Positions 55,735 to 64,000 of a stretch of DNA of 64,000 nucleotides are shown in pieces. This DNA comes from an uncultured Clostridia bacterium (GTDB lineage Bacteria > Bacillota > Clostridia > TANB77 > CAG-508): NCBI GenBank assembly GCA_947631495.1, contig CANRLO010000001.1, forward strand, positions 33,060 through 97,059. Reading direction: 5' to 3'. Below the pieces are notes generated by a model that did not search any database, was not told where the DNA came from, and worked only from the letters and a program-made list of their open reading frames with translations. Numbering within the stretch: the stretch's first letter is position 1; each line of letters starts with the position of its first letter. Both the position numbers and the translations under genes were made by a program.

Positions 55735-56941
55735 TATCAAATTACTAACAATCATTTTAACAATTATATTAGGCATTATATTTATGTTATTAATCGTTTT
55801 AGGTTTTGTTTATCTATCTACTAAAATGAAAACACAGTCTGAAAAGCCAATTCCACAACAAGGAAATAAACCAAACAATAAAACGAAAAAATTTAAAGAA
55901 TACAAAACAGAATCTATTATGAATTTTATGGAATTTGATACTGTTGTCGATAATATGATAGTTCAAAAAAATGGAATGCGTTATATTATGGTTGTAGAAT
56001 GTCAAGGAATTAACTATGATTTAATGTCAGAAGTAGAAAAAAATGCAGTAGAAGAAGGATTTTTACAATTCTTAAATACATTAAAGTATCCAATTCAAAT
56101 TTATACACAAACTAGAACAATTAACTTAGATTCAAGCATACAAGCTTATAAAGAAAAAATGAAAGAAATACAATATGCATATGAAAAACAAAAAATGACT
56201 TATGAAGAAATGCAAAGATCTGAAAAATATACACAAGAACAATTAAATAAAGCTTATTTTGAATTAACAAAACAAAGAAACTTATATGAATATGGAAAGG
56301 ATATTATCTACAATACTGAAAAAATGAGCTTAAACAAAAATGTACTAAATAAAAAATATTATGTAGTAATTCCATATTTCGTAGAAGAACTAGAAGATAA
56401 TAATTTTGATAAAGAAGAACAAAGAAACATGGCATTTTCTGAATTATACACAAGGGCACAATCAACCATAAGAACATTAGCTGTTTGCGGAATTAATGGA
56501 AAAGTTATGACTTCAAATGAATTAGTAGAACTTCTATATATGGCTTACAATCGCGATGAAGCAGAAATATATGGAATTGATAAAGCATTAAAAGCTGGAT
56601 ATGATGAATTATATTCAACTGCACCAGATGTTATAGAAAAACAAATAAAAGCATTAGATAAAGAAATAGAAGAAGAAGCATTTGAAAAAGCAAAAGCAAC
56701 AATAGTAGAAGTAAAAAATGAAAGACAAAAGGCTTTGCAAGAAAAGAAAGAGAAAAAAACAGACTTAATAGATGAAGTAGCACAACTAATATTACAAGAA
56801 AATAAAGGTGCTATAGGAGAAAGTATAGCAAAAGAAGCAATTAATAAAATTCAAAATCAAAAAGAAAAACGTAAAGGAGGAACAAAAGATAATGTCAAAG
56901 AACAAAAAACAAGAAGAACTAGAAAGACAAAGACAGCTTAA
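55727..56941 (+). CDS. Membrane-anchored coiled-coil protein with a VirB4 N-domain-like segment
   Basis: AAGGAGG RBS, N-terminal TM. FDTVVDNMIVQKNGMRYIMVVECQGINYDLMSEVEKNAVEEGFLQFLNTLKYPIQIYTQTR resembles the pre-ATPase domain of Firmicute VirB4 proteins (from memory). No Walker motif. Confidence 0.55.
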   Translation: MDSIKLLTIILTIILGIIFMLLIVLGFVYLSTKMKTQSEKPIPQQGNKPNNKTKKFKEYKTESIMNFMEFDTVVDNMIVQKNGMRYIMVVECQGINYDLMSEVEKNAVEEGFLQFLNTLKYPIQIYTQTRTINLDSSIQAYKEKMKEIQYAYEKQKMTYEEMQRSEKYTQEQLNKAYFELTKQRNLYEYGKDIIYNTEKMSLNKNVLNKKYYVVIPYFVEELEDNNFDKEEQRNMAFSELYTRAQSTIRTLAVCGINGKVMTSNELVELLYMAYNRDEAEIYGIDKALKAGYDELYSTAPDVIEKQIKALDKEIEEEAFEKAKATIVEVKNERQKALQEKKEKKTDLIDEVAQLILQENKGAIGESIAKEAINKIQNQKEKRKGGTKDNVKEQKTRRTRKTKTA

Positions 56942-58868
56942 TAATGATTATTCTAACCCAAATGAATATCAAATTTTAAAAAAACAAACCATAAAAGAAT
57001 TAATTGCTCCTTCTGGAATAGATGCAAGCAATATTGACCACTTAGAAATTATCTCAAATGTAACAAGATATGCAAGGAGCTTCTTTGTATCTACACTTCC
57101 AAGAATGACAACTTTCCCAGAACTATTTAGAGATATGTATTTATTTGGAGATATTAATACATCAATTTATATCAATCCTATTGCAGAAGCAAAATCACAA
57201 AACGAATTAAATAGAACTATTAATGAGCTAGAAACAGAAAGAATTGTAGCAGCAGATAGAGGAAATATCAATAGGGAAAGTACATTAGGACAAAAAAGGT
57301 GGGAAGCAGAGCAGTTAAGAGATGAAATTGCAGCAGGTTACAATAAATTATATGAAGCATCTGTAATCTCTACTTTATTTGCATATAGTTTAGAAGATTT
57401 AAATAGATATACAAAATTATTAGCTTCTGAAATGTCAAAATCATTAGTAGGGGTTAAAAGTGCTTGGGCAATGCAAGAAGAAGCATTTCAAAGTAATTTA
57501 CCACTAATGCAAGATAAAATAAAGAAAACTCATACCTTCGATAGGCGTTCTATGGGAACAGTATTTCCATTTACAACATCAGAAGTAGGACATCCAACAG
57601 GAATACCACTAGGATTTAATAAACAAACGGGAGTTCCAATTTTATTTGATAACTTCCATCCTTCATTAACCAATTACAATATGGTAATCTTTGCAAAATC
57701 TGGTGCTGGTAAATCTGTTACAATGAAAACTTTAATCTCACGTTCTGCAGTATTAATGGGAATTCAAAGTTTAGCATTAGATGCAGAAGGTGAATATTCA
57801 ATTGTAGCAGAAAGCTTAGGTGGAATTAATGTAGTAATTAGCCCAAATTCAAAGACAGTTATTAACTTATTTGATATTGAACCAGAAATCATAAAAGATG
57901 AAATTACAGGAAAATCAAGAAGCGTTTTAAATGTAGAAAATAAAGTAGAAGATGTAACACAAGCACTACTTACAATGGCAAGAGGTAGTACAAGATCACA
58001 AGAAGTAAATGAGCTTACAAAACAAATTATATCAGAAGCAGTAGCAGAAGAATACAGAGAACTTCAAATTACAAGTGATCCTTCTAGTTTATACGAAATA
58101 AATGACAGAATGAGTGCAGATATACTAGGCAAGAAAAAGAAAGCAATGCCAACTATTGGTTCATGGTATAAAAGAATATTGAAAAAAGCCGAACAAAACA
58201 AAAATGAAGATTATCAATTTCACTACAGCTATTTAATTAAAGTTATGAAACAATATATCCGTGAGTATAATGGACAAATGGCTTATTTTGATGGACAATC
58301 TACCTTTGATTTATTAGATGGAACATTATTTATCAACTTAGATATTTCTCAATTAGAAGAAAGATTTGCAAGACCACTTGCACAACAAATTTTACTTTCT
58401 TGGATTTGGGAGAAATATGTTAAGAAAAATAGTGAAGATAAAACAAAAGCATCTAAAAAGAGAGTATTAGTAGATGAGGCATGGATGTTACTTCCATACC
58501 CAGAAGCGGTAGATTTCTTAAATACAATGGCACGTCGTGCAAGAAAAAGAAACGTATCATTAGCTATTATTTCTCAAAGATTTCAAGATTTTTATGAAAA
58601 ACCAGAAGCACAAGCAGTTTTAACCTCATCAGATACAAAATTATTTTTAGCACAAGATAAATCCGAAATTGAATACTTAAAAGAAGTATTTAAATTAAGT
58701 TCAGGAGAAGCAAACTTTTTAGTAACATGCTTTAAAGGAGAAGGACTTTTAAAAGTAGGAGCAGATACAGCTATTATCCAGATAAAACCAACAGCAAAAG
58801 AATTTGAATTTGTAGAAACAAACATTAATAAGTTGGTGCAAATGAACGCAAGCAAGAATCAATACTAG
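56892..58868 (+). CDS. VirB4-family T4SS ATPase
   Basis: Walker A MVIFAKSGAGKSVTMKTL, Walker B RVLVDEAWMLL, N-terminal IAPSGID...YARSFFVSTLPR domain. The start overlaps the upstream gene by 50 nt. Confidence 0.85.
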   Translation: MSKNKKQEELERQRQLNNDYSNPNEYQILKKQTIKELIAPSGIDASNIDHLEIISNVTRYARSFFVSTLPRMTTFPELFRDMYLFGDINTSIYINPIAEAKSQNELNRTINELETERIVAADRGNINRESTLGQKRWEAEQLRDEIAAGYNKLYEASVISTLFAYSLEDLNRYTKLLASEMSKSLVGVKSAWAMQEEAFQSNLPLMQDKIKKTHTFDRRSMGTVFPFTTSEVGHPTGIPLGFNKQTGVPILFDNFHPSLTNYNMVIFAKSGAGKSVTMKTLISRSAVLMGIQSLALDAEGEYSIVAESLGGINVVISPNSKTVINLFDIEPEIIKDEITGKSRSVLNVENKVEDVTQALLTMARGSTRSQEVNELTKQIISEAVAEEYRELQITSDPSSLYEINDRMSADILGKKKKAMPTIGSWYKRILKKAEQNKNEDYQFHYSYLIKVMKQYIREYNGQMAYFDGQSTFDLLDGTLFINLDISQLEERFARPLAQQILLSWIWEKYVKKNSEDKTKASKKRVLVDEAWMLLPYPEAVDFLNTMARRARKRNVSLAIISQRFQDFYEKPEAQAVLTSSDTKLFLAQDKSEIEYLKEVFKLSSGEANFLVTCFKGEGLLKVGADTAIIQIKPTAKEFEFVETNINKLVQMNASKNQY

Positions 58869-58883
58869 GAGGAGATTATTACT

Positions 58884-61481
58884 ATGAAACTTTTTACTAA
58901 TAAAAACATAATACAAAAGATAATAATAGCAATTGTAATAGTAGTATTAATTAATTTTATAGCACCAAATGCAATTATGGCAGAAACAGATTTTGGAGGA
59001 GTATTATTTACACCAATTCAGTATTTAGTACTAGGACTAGGAGATGCAGTCATGTATTTTGCTTCAGTATCTGTTACTGGTGAGTTTGGTGTTGATAATG
59101 TAGTTACATTATCAACAGATGGTTTTGGCGATTGGCTACAAAAAGCATATGACTTTATAACTAAATTGACAGCAGCGGCAATAACAAATCCAATGCTAAA
59201 TTCAGTTAAAAATGCATCAGCTGCTACAATAAAAGCAGTAGGAGTACCATCAGATATATTTCCACAAAAAATTGATTTACCACTTTTTGCAATAACTCCA
59301 GAAAAAATATTTTCTAATGATGTTTCATTTTTAGATATAGATATTATTAATGCAGATAGTGGTGATGATAGTGCAGCAGCAACATTACAATCTACAATAA
59401 GTTCATGGTATATTGCCTTGAGAAATTTAGCAATTGTTGGAATGCTAAGTATTTTAGTATATGTAGGTATTAGAATTATATTATCATCAACTGCTACAGA
59501 TAAGGCAAAATACAAACAATTAATAAAAGATTGGCTTATTGCAATTTGTTTATTGTTCTTTATGCATTATATTATGAGTTTTGCTATTACATTAGTAGAA
59601 CAATTTACTAATGCATTAAAACAAACAATTAATACGCCAGTTTTACAATTAGATTTATCAAAATTTGAAATTTCGGAAGAAGAAGAAAAAATATTCTATG
59701 CAGTAGGAAATGAAGAACCATTAGATAAAGCCAATGTTTATTGGCCAACTGATTTTACAGGACTTGCAAGGTTTAGAGCACAATTAAATTACGAAAGTAG
59801 TAGTAGTGCAGAATCAGAATATGTAGCTGAAGGTGGAAAAGCACAAATGGCATATACCATTATATATGCAGTATTAGTAATATATACCATTATGTTCTTA
59901 TTCCAATATTTAAAAAGGTTAATTTATATTATATTTTTAACCATGATTGCTCCATTAGTAGCATTAACTTATCCAATTGATAAAATGAATGATGAATCTG
60001 CACAAGCATTTAATACATGGCTTAAAGAATATATTTATAATTTATTAATACAACCTTTCCATTTGGTTTTATATTGCATATTAATTGGTAGTGCAATTGA
60101 CTTAGCACAAACACACTTGATTTATACTTTAGCTGTATTAGGCTTCATGCTTCCTGGGGAAAAAATACTAAGGAAATTCTTTGGATTTGATAAAGGTGCA
60201 ACAGGTGCTTCTATTATGAGCGGCGCTGTCGGTGGTGCAATGGTAATGAGTGTGTTAGGAAACATTACTTCAAGAGCAAAAGGCGGAGCTAAAAAGAATT
60301 CTTCAGGTAAGGTAGGAGCTGGAAATTCACAAGAAAGAGTAAGAATGGCAGATAACAGAACTCCAGATAATAGTGTAGACGATGAAGATAGATTCTTAAT
60401 GGAAGCATTAGGAGGAAGACAAGGACAACAAGGAGATTCAAGAGGAAGACAAGAAACAGAAGACTCTGATAACGGACAAAGACCACCATTAGATTTATCA
60501 AATGATGAAACAAATGACGGAAATGAAACATTTAATAAGCAAGAGCAAATAGATAAATTAGGTGAAGAATTAGATAATTATACGAATGGAGAAATTCGTA
60601 TGAGCCCAGAATTACAAGCAAACCAAGAACAATATAATCAACTTACCGAAGAAAATGCCGAATTAGAAGGAAAAGGACAAGAAGTACAAACTCAACCAGC
60701 TAATGCACAAGATACATTCGAAAGACCAAGTTTACCAGATTTACCAGAAGAACAAGGGCCAGCAATCACAGGGCCATCTAAGAAATTTAGAAGACTTAGA
60801 GCTGCTGCTCCAATTTTAGGTAGAGGAGCAATAGGTTTAGGAAAAGGAATTATAAAAACATATGGTGCTGCTACACTTGGAACAATTGGAGTTGCAGCAG
60901 GACTTGCTTCTGAAAAATATTCAAATGTACTTGGTTATGGTGCAGCAGGTGCTGCAGGAGGAACAGCTCTTACAGGAGCTATTATGAATAAAGGAAAAGC
61001 ACTTCCATCAGATGCTTATAGAAAATATAATAACTTAAAAGACGAATATACAAAAAATCTATACAAAGATAATCCAGCAAAATATAGAGAAGAGATGAAC
61101 AAGCAAGCTGACAAAGCATTTATGAAAGACAAGCAAATACAACAACTATATAGAGATAAATTCGGAACCGAAAAGGTAGCAGATGATAAAGGTAACAAAG
61201 TTGAAAAATACAAATTTGCAATGGAAGAAGCAAAGAAATATAGAGAACACGGTATTACAGACAATGAAACTATCATAAAAGCAATGAAAGCAAAGGTAAG
61301 AGGTGTAGACGAAAATAATTTAAGTGCAAATCAAAGAATTGCAGCTGCTAAATATGCAAGTCAAATATCAAACGAAAAAGACATTCAAACAATGAGCGAT
61401 AGACTAAGAAAGAGAGGAATTGGCAAAGAACAAATAGAAATACAAGAGAACATATTAAGACAAATGAAAGGATTAAATTAG
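58884..61481 (+). CDS. VirB6/TrbL-like polytopic membrane protein with a long C-terminal extension
   Basis: Signal/TM then ~6 TM helices including MIAPLVALTYPIDK...FNTWLKEYIYNLLIQPF. Followed by a ~190 aa acidic/polar linker, a Gly/Ala-rich hydrophobic segment and a basic helical tail. Confidence 0.5.
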   Translation: MKLFTNKNIIQKIIIAIVIVVLINFIAPNAIMAETDFGGVLFTPIQYLVLGLGDAVMYFASVSVTGEFGVDNVVTLSTDGFGDWLQKAYDFITKLTAAAITNPMLNSVKNASAATIKAVGVPSDIFPQKIDLPLFAITPEKIFSNDVSFLDIDIINADSGDDSAAATLQSTISSWYIALRNLAIVGMLSILVYVGIRIILSSTATDKAKYKQLIKDWLIAICLLFFMHYIMSFAITLVEQFTNALKQTINTPVLQLDLSKFEISEEEEKIFYAVGNEEPLDKANVYWPTDFTGLARFRAQLNYESSSSAESEYVAEGGKAQMAYTIIYAVLVIYTIMFLFQYLKRLIYIIFLTMIAPLVALTYPIDKMNDESAQAFNTWLKEYIYNLLIQPFHLVLYCILIGSAIDLAQTHLIYTLAVLGFMLPGEKILRKFFGFDKGATGASIMSGAVGGAMVMSVLGNITSRAKGGAKKNSSGKVGAGNSQERVRMADNRTPDNSVDDEDRFLMEALGGRQGQQGDSRGRQETEDSDNGQRPPLDLSNDETNDGNETFNKQEQIDKLGEELDNYTNGEIRMSPELQANQEQYNQLTEENAELEGKGQEVQTQPANAQDTFERPSLPDLPEEQGPAITGPSKKFRRLRAAAPILGRGAIGLGKGIIKTYGAATLGTIGVAAGLASEKYSNVLGYGAAGAAGGTALTGAIMNKGKALPSDAYRKYNNLKDEYTKNLYKDNPAKYREEMNKQADKAFMKDKQIQQLYRDKFGTEKVADDKGNKVEKYKFAMEEAKKYREHGITDNETIIKAMKAKVRGVDENNLSANQRIAAAKYASQISNEKDIQTMSDRLRKRGIGKEQIEIQENILRQMKGLN

Positions 61482-61490
61482 GATAAATAT

Positions 61491-62390
61491 ATGGGTATTT
61501 TTAGATTATATAATCAAAATAGAGTAATGTTTTGGACAATCGTATCTGCAATTATTGTAGTTCTTCTTGTTGTACATATTATGAATTCAATCGTAAAAAC
61601 TAACAATGAAAAACCTAAAAATATTGTCATTGATGAAAAATTGTATGAAAACAAATTAGATATTGATGAACAAATATCAGATGAACAAGTAGAAGAAGAA
61701 AAAGAACTAATCATTGATCAATTTATTAGATTGTGTAATTCTAAAAATACTCAAAGTGCCTATAACTTATTGTCAGAAGAATGTAAAGAAGAACTTTTCC
61801 CAACATTAGAAGCTTTTCAACAAAATTATGTAACAATTAATTTTAATACACAAAAATTATATGGTAAAAAACAATATAAAGGTAATACTTATGAAATTAC
61901 TTTCTATGAAAATATGTTAGTTACAGGAACTAGTAGCAATTCACAAAAGGATTATTATACGATTGTAAATAGAGATGGAAAAAGCAAGCTAAATATTAGT
62001 AATTATGTAAAAAGAGAAAATACTAATAGAACAACAAAAAATAACTATTTACAAGTAGAAGTAGTAAAAAAAGATATTTACATAGATTATGAAGTATATG
62101 AATTAAAAGTGACAAACTTAACACCAAATACTATCATTTTAGATACAAAAGAAAATACAAAGACAATGTATTTAACAGATGAAAAAGGTATTATTTATTA
62201 TTCTGCTGGACATGAAGTTTTAGACAGTAGTTTATTAATTAAACCCAAAGCAACCAATACTATTCAAATAAAATATACAAAAGGATATAAAAGTAATAAT
62301 TCACAAAAATTATATTTTGAAGACATTGTATTAAATGATATGCAAAATACAAACGAAGATAAAAAGATAAAAATGGAAGTAAATATATAA
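61491..62390 (+). CDS. Membrane-anchored extracytoplasmic protein (possibly VirB8-like)
   Basis: Single N-terminal TM, then a mixed alpha/beta region. Assigned by position in the operon only. Confidence 0.45.
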   Translation: MGIFRLYNQNRVMFWTIVSAIIVVLLVVHIMNSIVKTNNEKPKNIVIDEKLYENKLDIDEQISDEQVEEEKELIIDQFIRLCNSKNTQSAYNLLSEECKEELFPTLEAFQQNYVTINFNTQKLYGKKQYKGNTYEITFYENMLVTGTSSNSQKDYYTIVNRDGKSKLNISNYVKRENTNRTTKNNYLQVEVVKKDIYIDYEVYELKVTNLTPNTIILDTKENTKTMYLTDEKGIIYYSAGHEVLDSSLLIKPKATNTIQIKYTKGYKSNNSQKLYFEDIVLNDMQNTNEDKKIKMEVNI

Positions 62391-62432
62391 TATCTCAAAA
62401 AGAAAGATAGCAAGAAATGAGGTGATGGTGGT

Positions 62433-64000
62433 ATGGAAGAAAACAACAATCAAAATGGACCAAATTATGAAAATGAAAGTGATGAAAAAATAAAACAAGC
62501 AGGAAAAGATTTAGCTAGAAAAGTAGGAAAAGTTGCTAAAACAGTTCTAAAATTATTGCTTAAACTAATACCACCATTTGTTTGGCTTATTATTGTTATA
62601 GTAATACTAGTAGTAGTATTACTAACTGCTTTTTGGTATGCTATTACGGGCAATACTTATACGTCTATTTCAAATATTGCCAAAGTCACAACTACTGATA
62701 ATTCTGGCAATATAAGAAATATTACTAGTATTGATGAAAACAGTAGACAAATAGTAATTGACACAGAAACTTTTATAAAACAAATAGATAAATGGTTTAA
62801 AGATAATCATATTCGTCCTGAATTATTAGGACTAAAAAATGGAGATTATGAGAGCCTTATAACTTTCTTACAAGCAGAGGTAGTATCATCATTTCCAGAC
62901 TTAAGAGAAAGACAGAAAATAGGAACTCCAGTAGGGGAAAATGAATTACAAGGAATTGTACAATTTAAAAGAAAATTTGAAGACGGAACAGAGCAATTAT
63001 TGGAATATAAGCCATATACAGCATTTAGAAAAGAAGTAGCTAAATTAGGAAAAAAACTAGACGATGAAGAAACGCAAGAACAAATTTATTTTACAAAAGA
63101 AGAAGTAGAAAGTGCTTATAATAATTTAAAAACATATTTTACAATAGACAACAATTATAATGTTATTATAATTAGTTTGGCAAGCAATGAAAATACAGTA
63201 CAATATAGTGATTATGCAAAAGAAGAAGGAAAAGAAGATGAAAATTCATATGAATATTATATTAGTGTAACAAAAGGAAATTATCAAAGTATTATACAAC
63301 AATATACAATGCCATTTGAATTTCCACTAGCATTACTAATGGTTACAAATAATCCTAGTTTTTGTACAGAAGTAGCAAAACTTGCTATGCCATCTCGTGA
63401 AGGAGAGGATAGTACAGGAAATAATTTTGCACCTAAAATAGTAATAGATATTCAAGATAGCTTAGCAAGTACACACATTAGAGAAGAATACAGTTATAAA
63501 GCTAATTTTAAATTACAAGATTATATTACATATGATAAGGTTACAATGTCACAACTTGGAGGAGTGGAGGAAGAAACAGAACAATATACTCCATATCCAA
63601 TAGAAGTAGAAAAAACAGAAGAAGTAACAAACTATAAAGTAACAGATAATTGGGTTAAGACAATAACATCCCAATTATGTATTTCTGAAGCACTTACATG
63701 GATTTCAGATTACACTTCAACTTATACAAAAATACAGAAAGACGACACAAATGAAACAAATAGTGAAGAAGATGAAAATGATAATGATAATGAAGAAGAT
63801 GATAAAGAAGATAATGATAAATATGTAGAAGTTCTTGACCAACATTCATATTTGGCAAATCAAGAATTTGAATATGAACTACCAGAAGATAGTGAAGATT
63901 ATAAAATTATGAATGTTGAAGAAGAAAAGAAAATTTTAGAAAAAGATACTGATAAAAAAACTAAAATCAAAACAAGCAATACAACAATACAATATAATAA
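62433..64000 (+). CDS. Large membrane-anchored protein, 3' end outside the window (not in the ORF track)
   Basis: ATG at 62433 behind GAGGTG. The frame was read by hand and stays open to base 64000. TM PPFVWLIIVIVILVVVLLTAFWYAI and an acidic D/E/N-rich stretch near 63750. Confidence 0.6.
   Translation, partial: MEENNNQNGPNYENESDEKIKQAGKDLARKVGKVAKTVLKLLLKLIPPFVWLIIVIVILVVVLLTAFWYAITGNTYTSISNIAKVTTTDNSGNIRNITSIDENSRQIVIDTETFIKQIDKWFKDNHIRPELLGLKNGDYESLITFLQAEVVSSFPDLRERQKIGTPVGENELQGIVQFKRKFEDGTEQLLEYKPYTAFRKEVAKLGKKLDDEETQEQIYFTKEEVESAYNNLKTYFTIDNNYNVIIISLASNENTVQYSDYAKEEGKEDENSYEYYISVTKGNYQSIIQQYTMPFEFPLALLMVTNNPSFCTEVAKLAMPSREGEDSTGNNFAPKIVIDIQDSLASTHIREEYSYKANFKLQDYITYDKVTMSQLGGVEEETEQYTPYPIEVEKTEEVTNYKVTDNWVKTITSQLCISEALTWISDYTSTYTKIQKDDTNETNSEEDENDNDNEEDDKEDNDKYVEVLDQHSYLANQEFEYELPEDSEDYKIMNVEEEKKILEKDTDKKTKIKTSNTTIQYN

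Larger units (their letters stand above)
53899..64000 (+). mobile_element. Type IV secretion (conjugation-type) gene module, continues beyond the window
   Basis: Co-directional, tightly packed VirB2-like x3, VirB3-like, VirB4, VirB6-like and membrane-anchored proteins. No relaxase, T4CP or boundary repeat in view. Confidence 0.55.

Noticed and set aside
59018-59515. 165-aa minus-strand ORF inside the VirB6-like gene.
   Set aside because: It lies antisense within a tightly packed + strand operon and has no RBS.

Overview
Strongly AT-rich, low-GC Firmicutes chromosome, Clostridia-like (SpoVB-type flippase, Spo0E-type phosphatase, LCP ligase, anaerobic RNR). No rRNA and no CRISPR array were seen. 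The window has three parts.

(1) Core genes lie at 1-4.9 kb and 26.6-53.8 kb. They include a cvpA-like gene, LCP, D-Ala-D-Ala carboxypeptidase, comEA, initiator tRNA-Met, maf, Nudix, comM, dprA and yraN. Further on are a UDP-sugar pyrophosphorylase, phosphoesterase, SOD, SpoVB-like flippase and GH25-LysM lysozyme. The block ends with a NitT/TauT-type ABC importer, an M29-like aminopeptidase, a pilin-like protein, Crp/Fnr next to nrdD-nrdG, rpsU, yqeY, an M16 peptidase pair and a Spo0E-like gene.

(2) 4.9-26.6 kb is a ~21.7 kb accessory block between tRNA-fMet and maf. Two decaying direct copies of tRNA positions 32-62 subdivide it, and no recombinase gene is present. Its cargo looks like stacked immunity modules:
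- an unrecognised three-gene operon with a DUF3883 nuclease (5026-9104);
- a MazG-like / GIY-YIG-DUF2075 ATPase / Zn-ribbon cluster;
- an effector / middle-component / ABC-ATPase operon resembling the computationally predicted ABC-3C systems;
- a type II R-M pair whose m5C methyltransferase is frameshifted;
- a phosphoesterase / AAA_14-DUF4143 ATPase / primase-polymerase-SF2 helicase cluster;
- a second m5C methyltransferase with an unknown partner.

(3) From ~53.9 kb to the window end is a Gram-positive type IV secretion (conjugation-type) module. It has three tandem VirB2-like genes, a VirB3-like gene, VirB4 and a VirB6-like gene. No relaxase or coupling protein is in view.

Data-quality flag: four genes carry five single-base frameshifts in total, each a C inserted before GG in the sense strand (comM has three; the ABC permease and the MTase have one each). 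nrdD carries a -1 shift. These are either systematic assembly errors or real pseudogenes.

All family assignments come from motifs read by eye and recalled family signatures. No database search was run.
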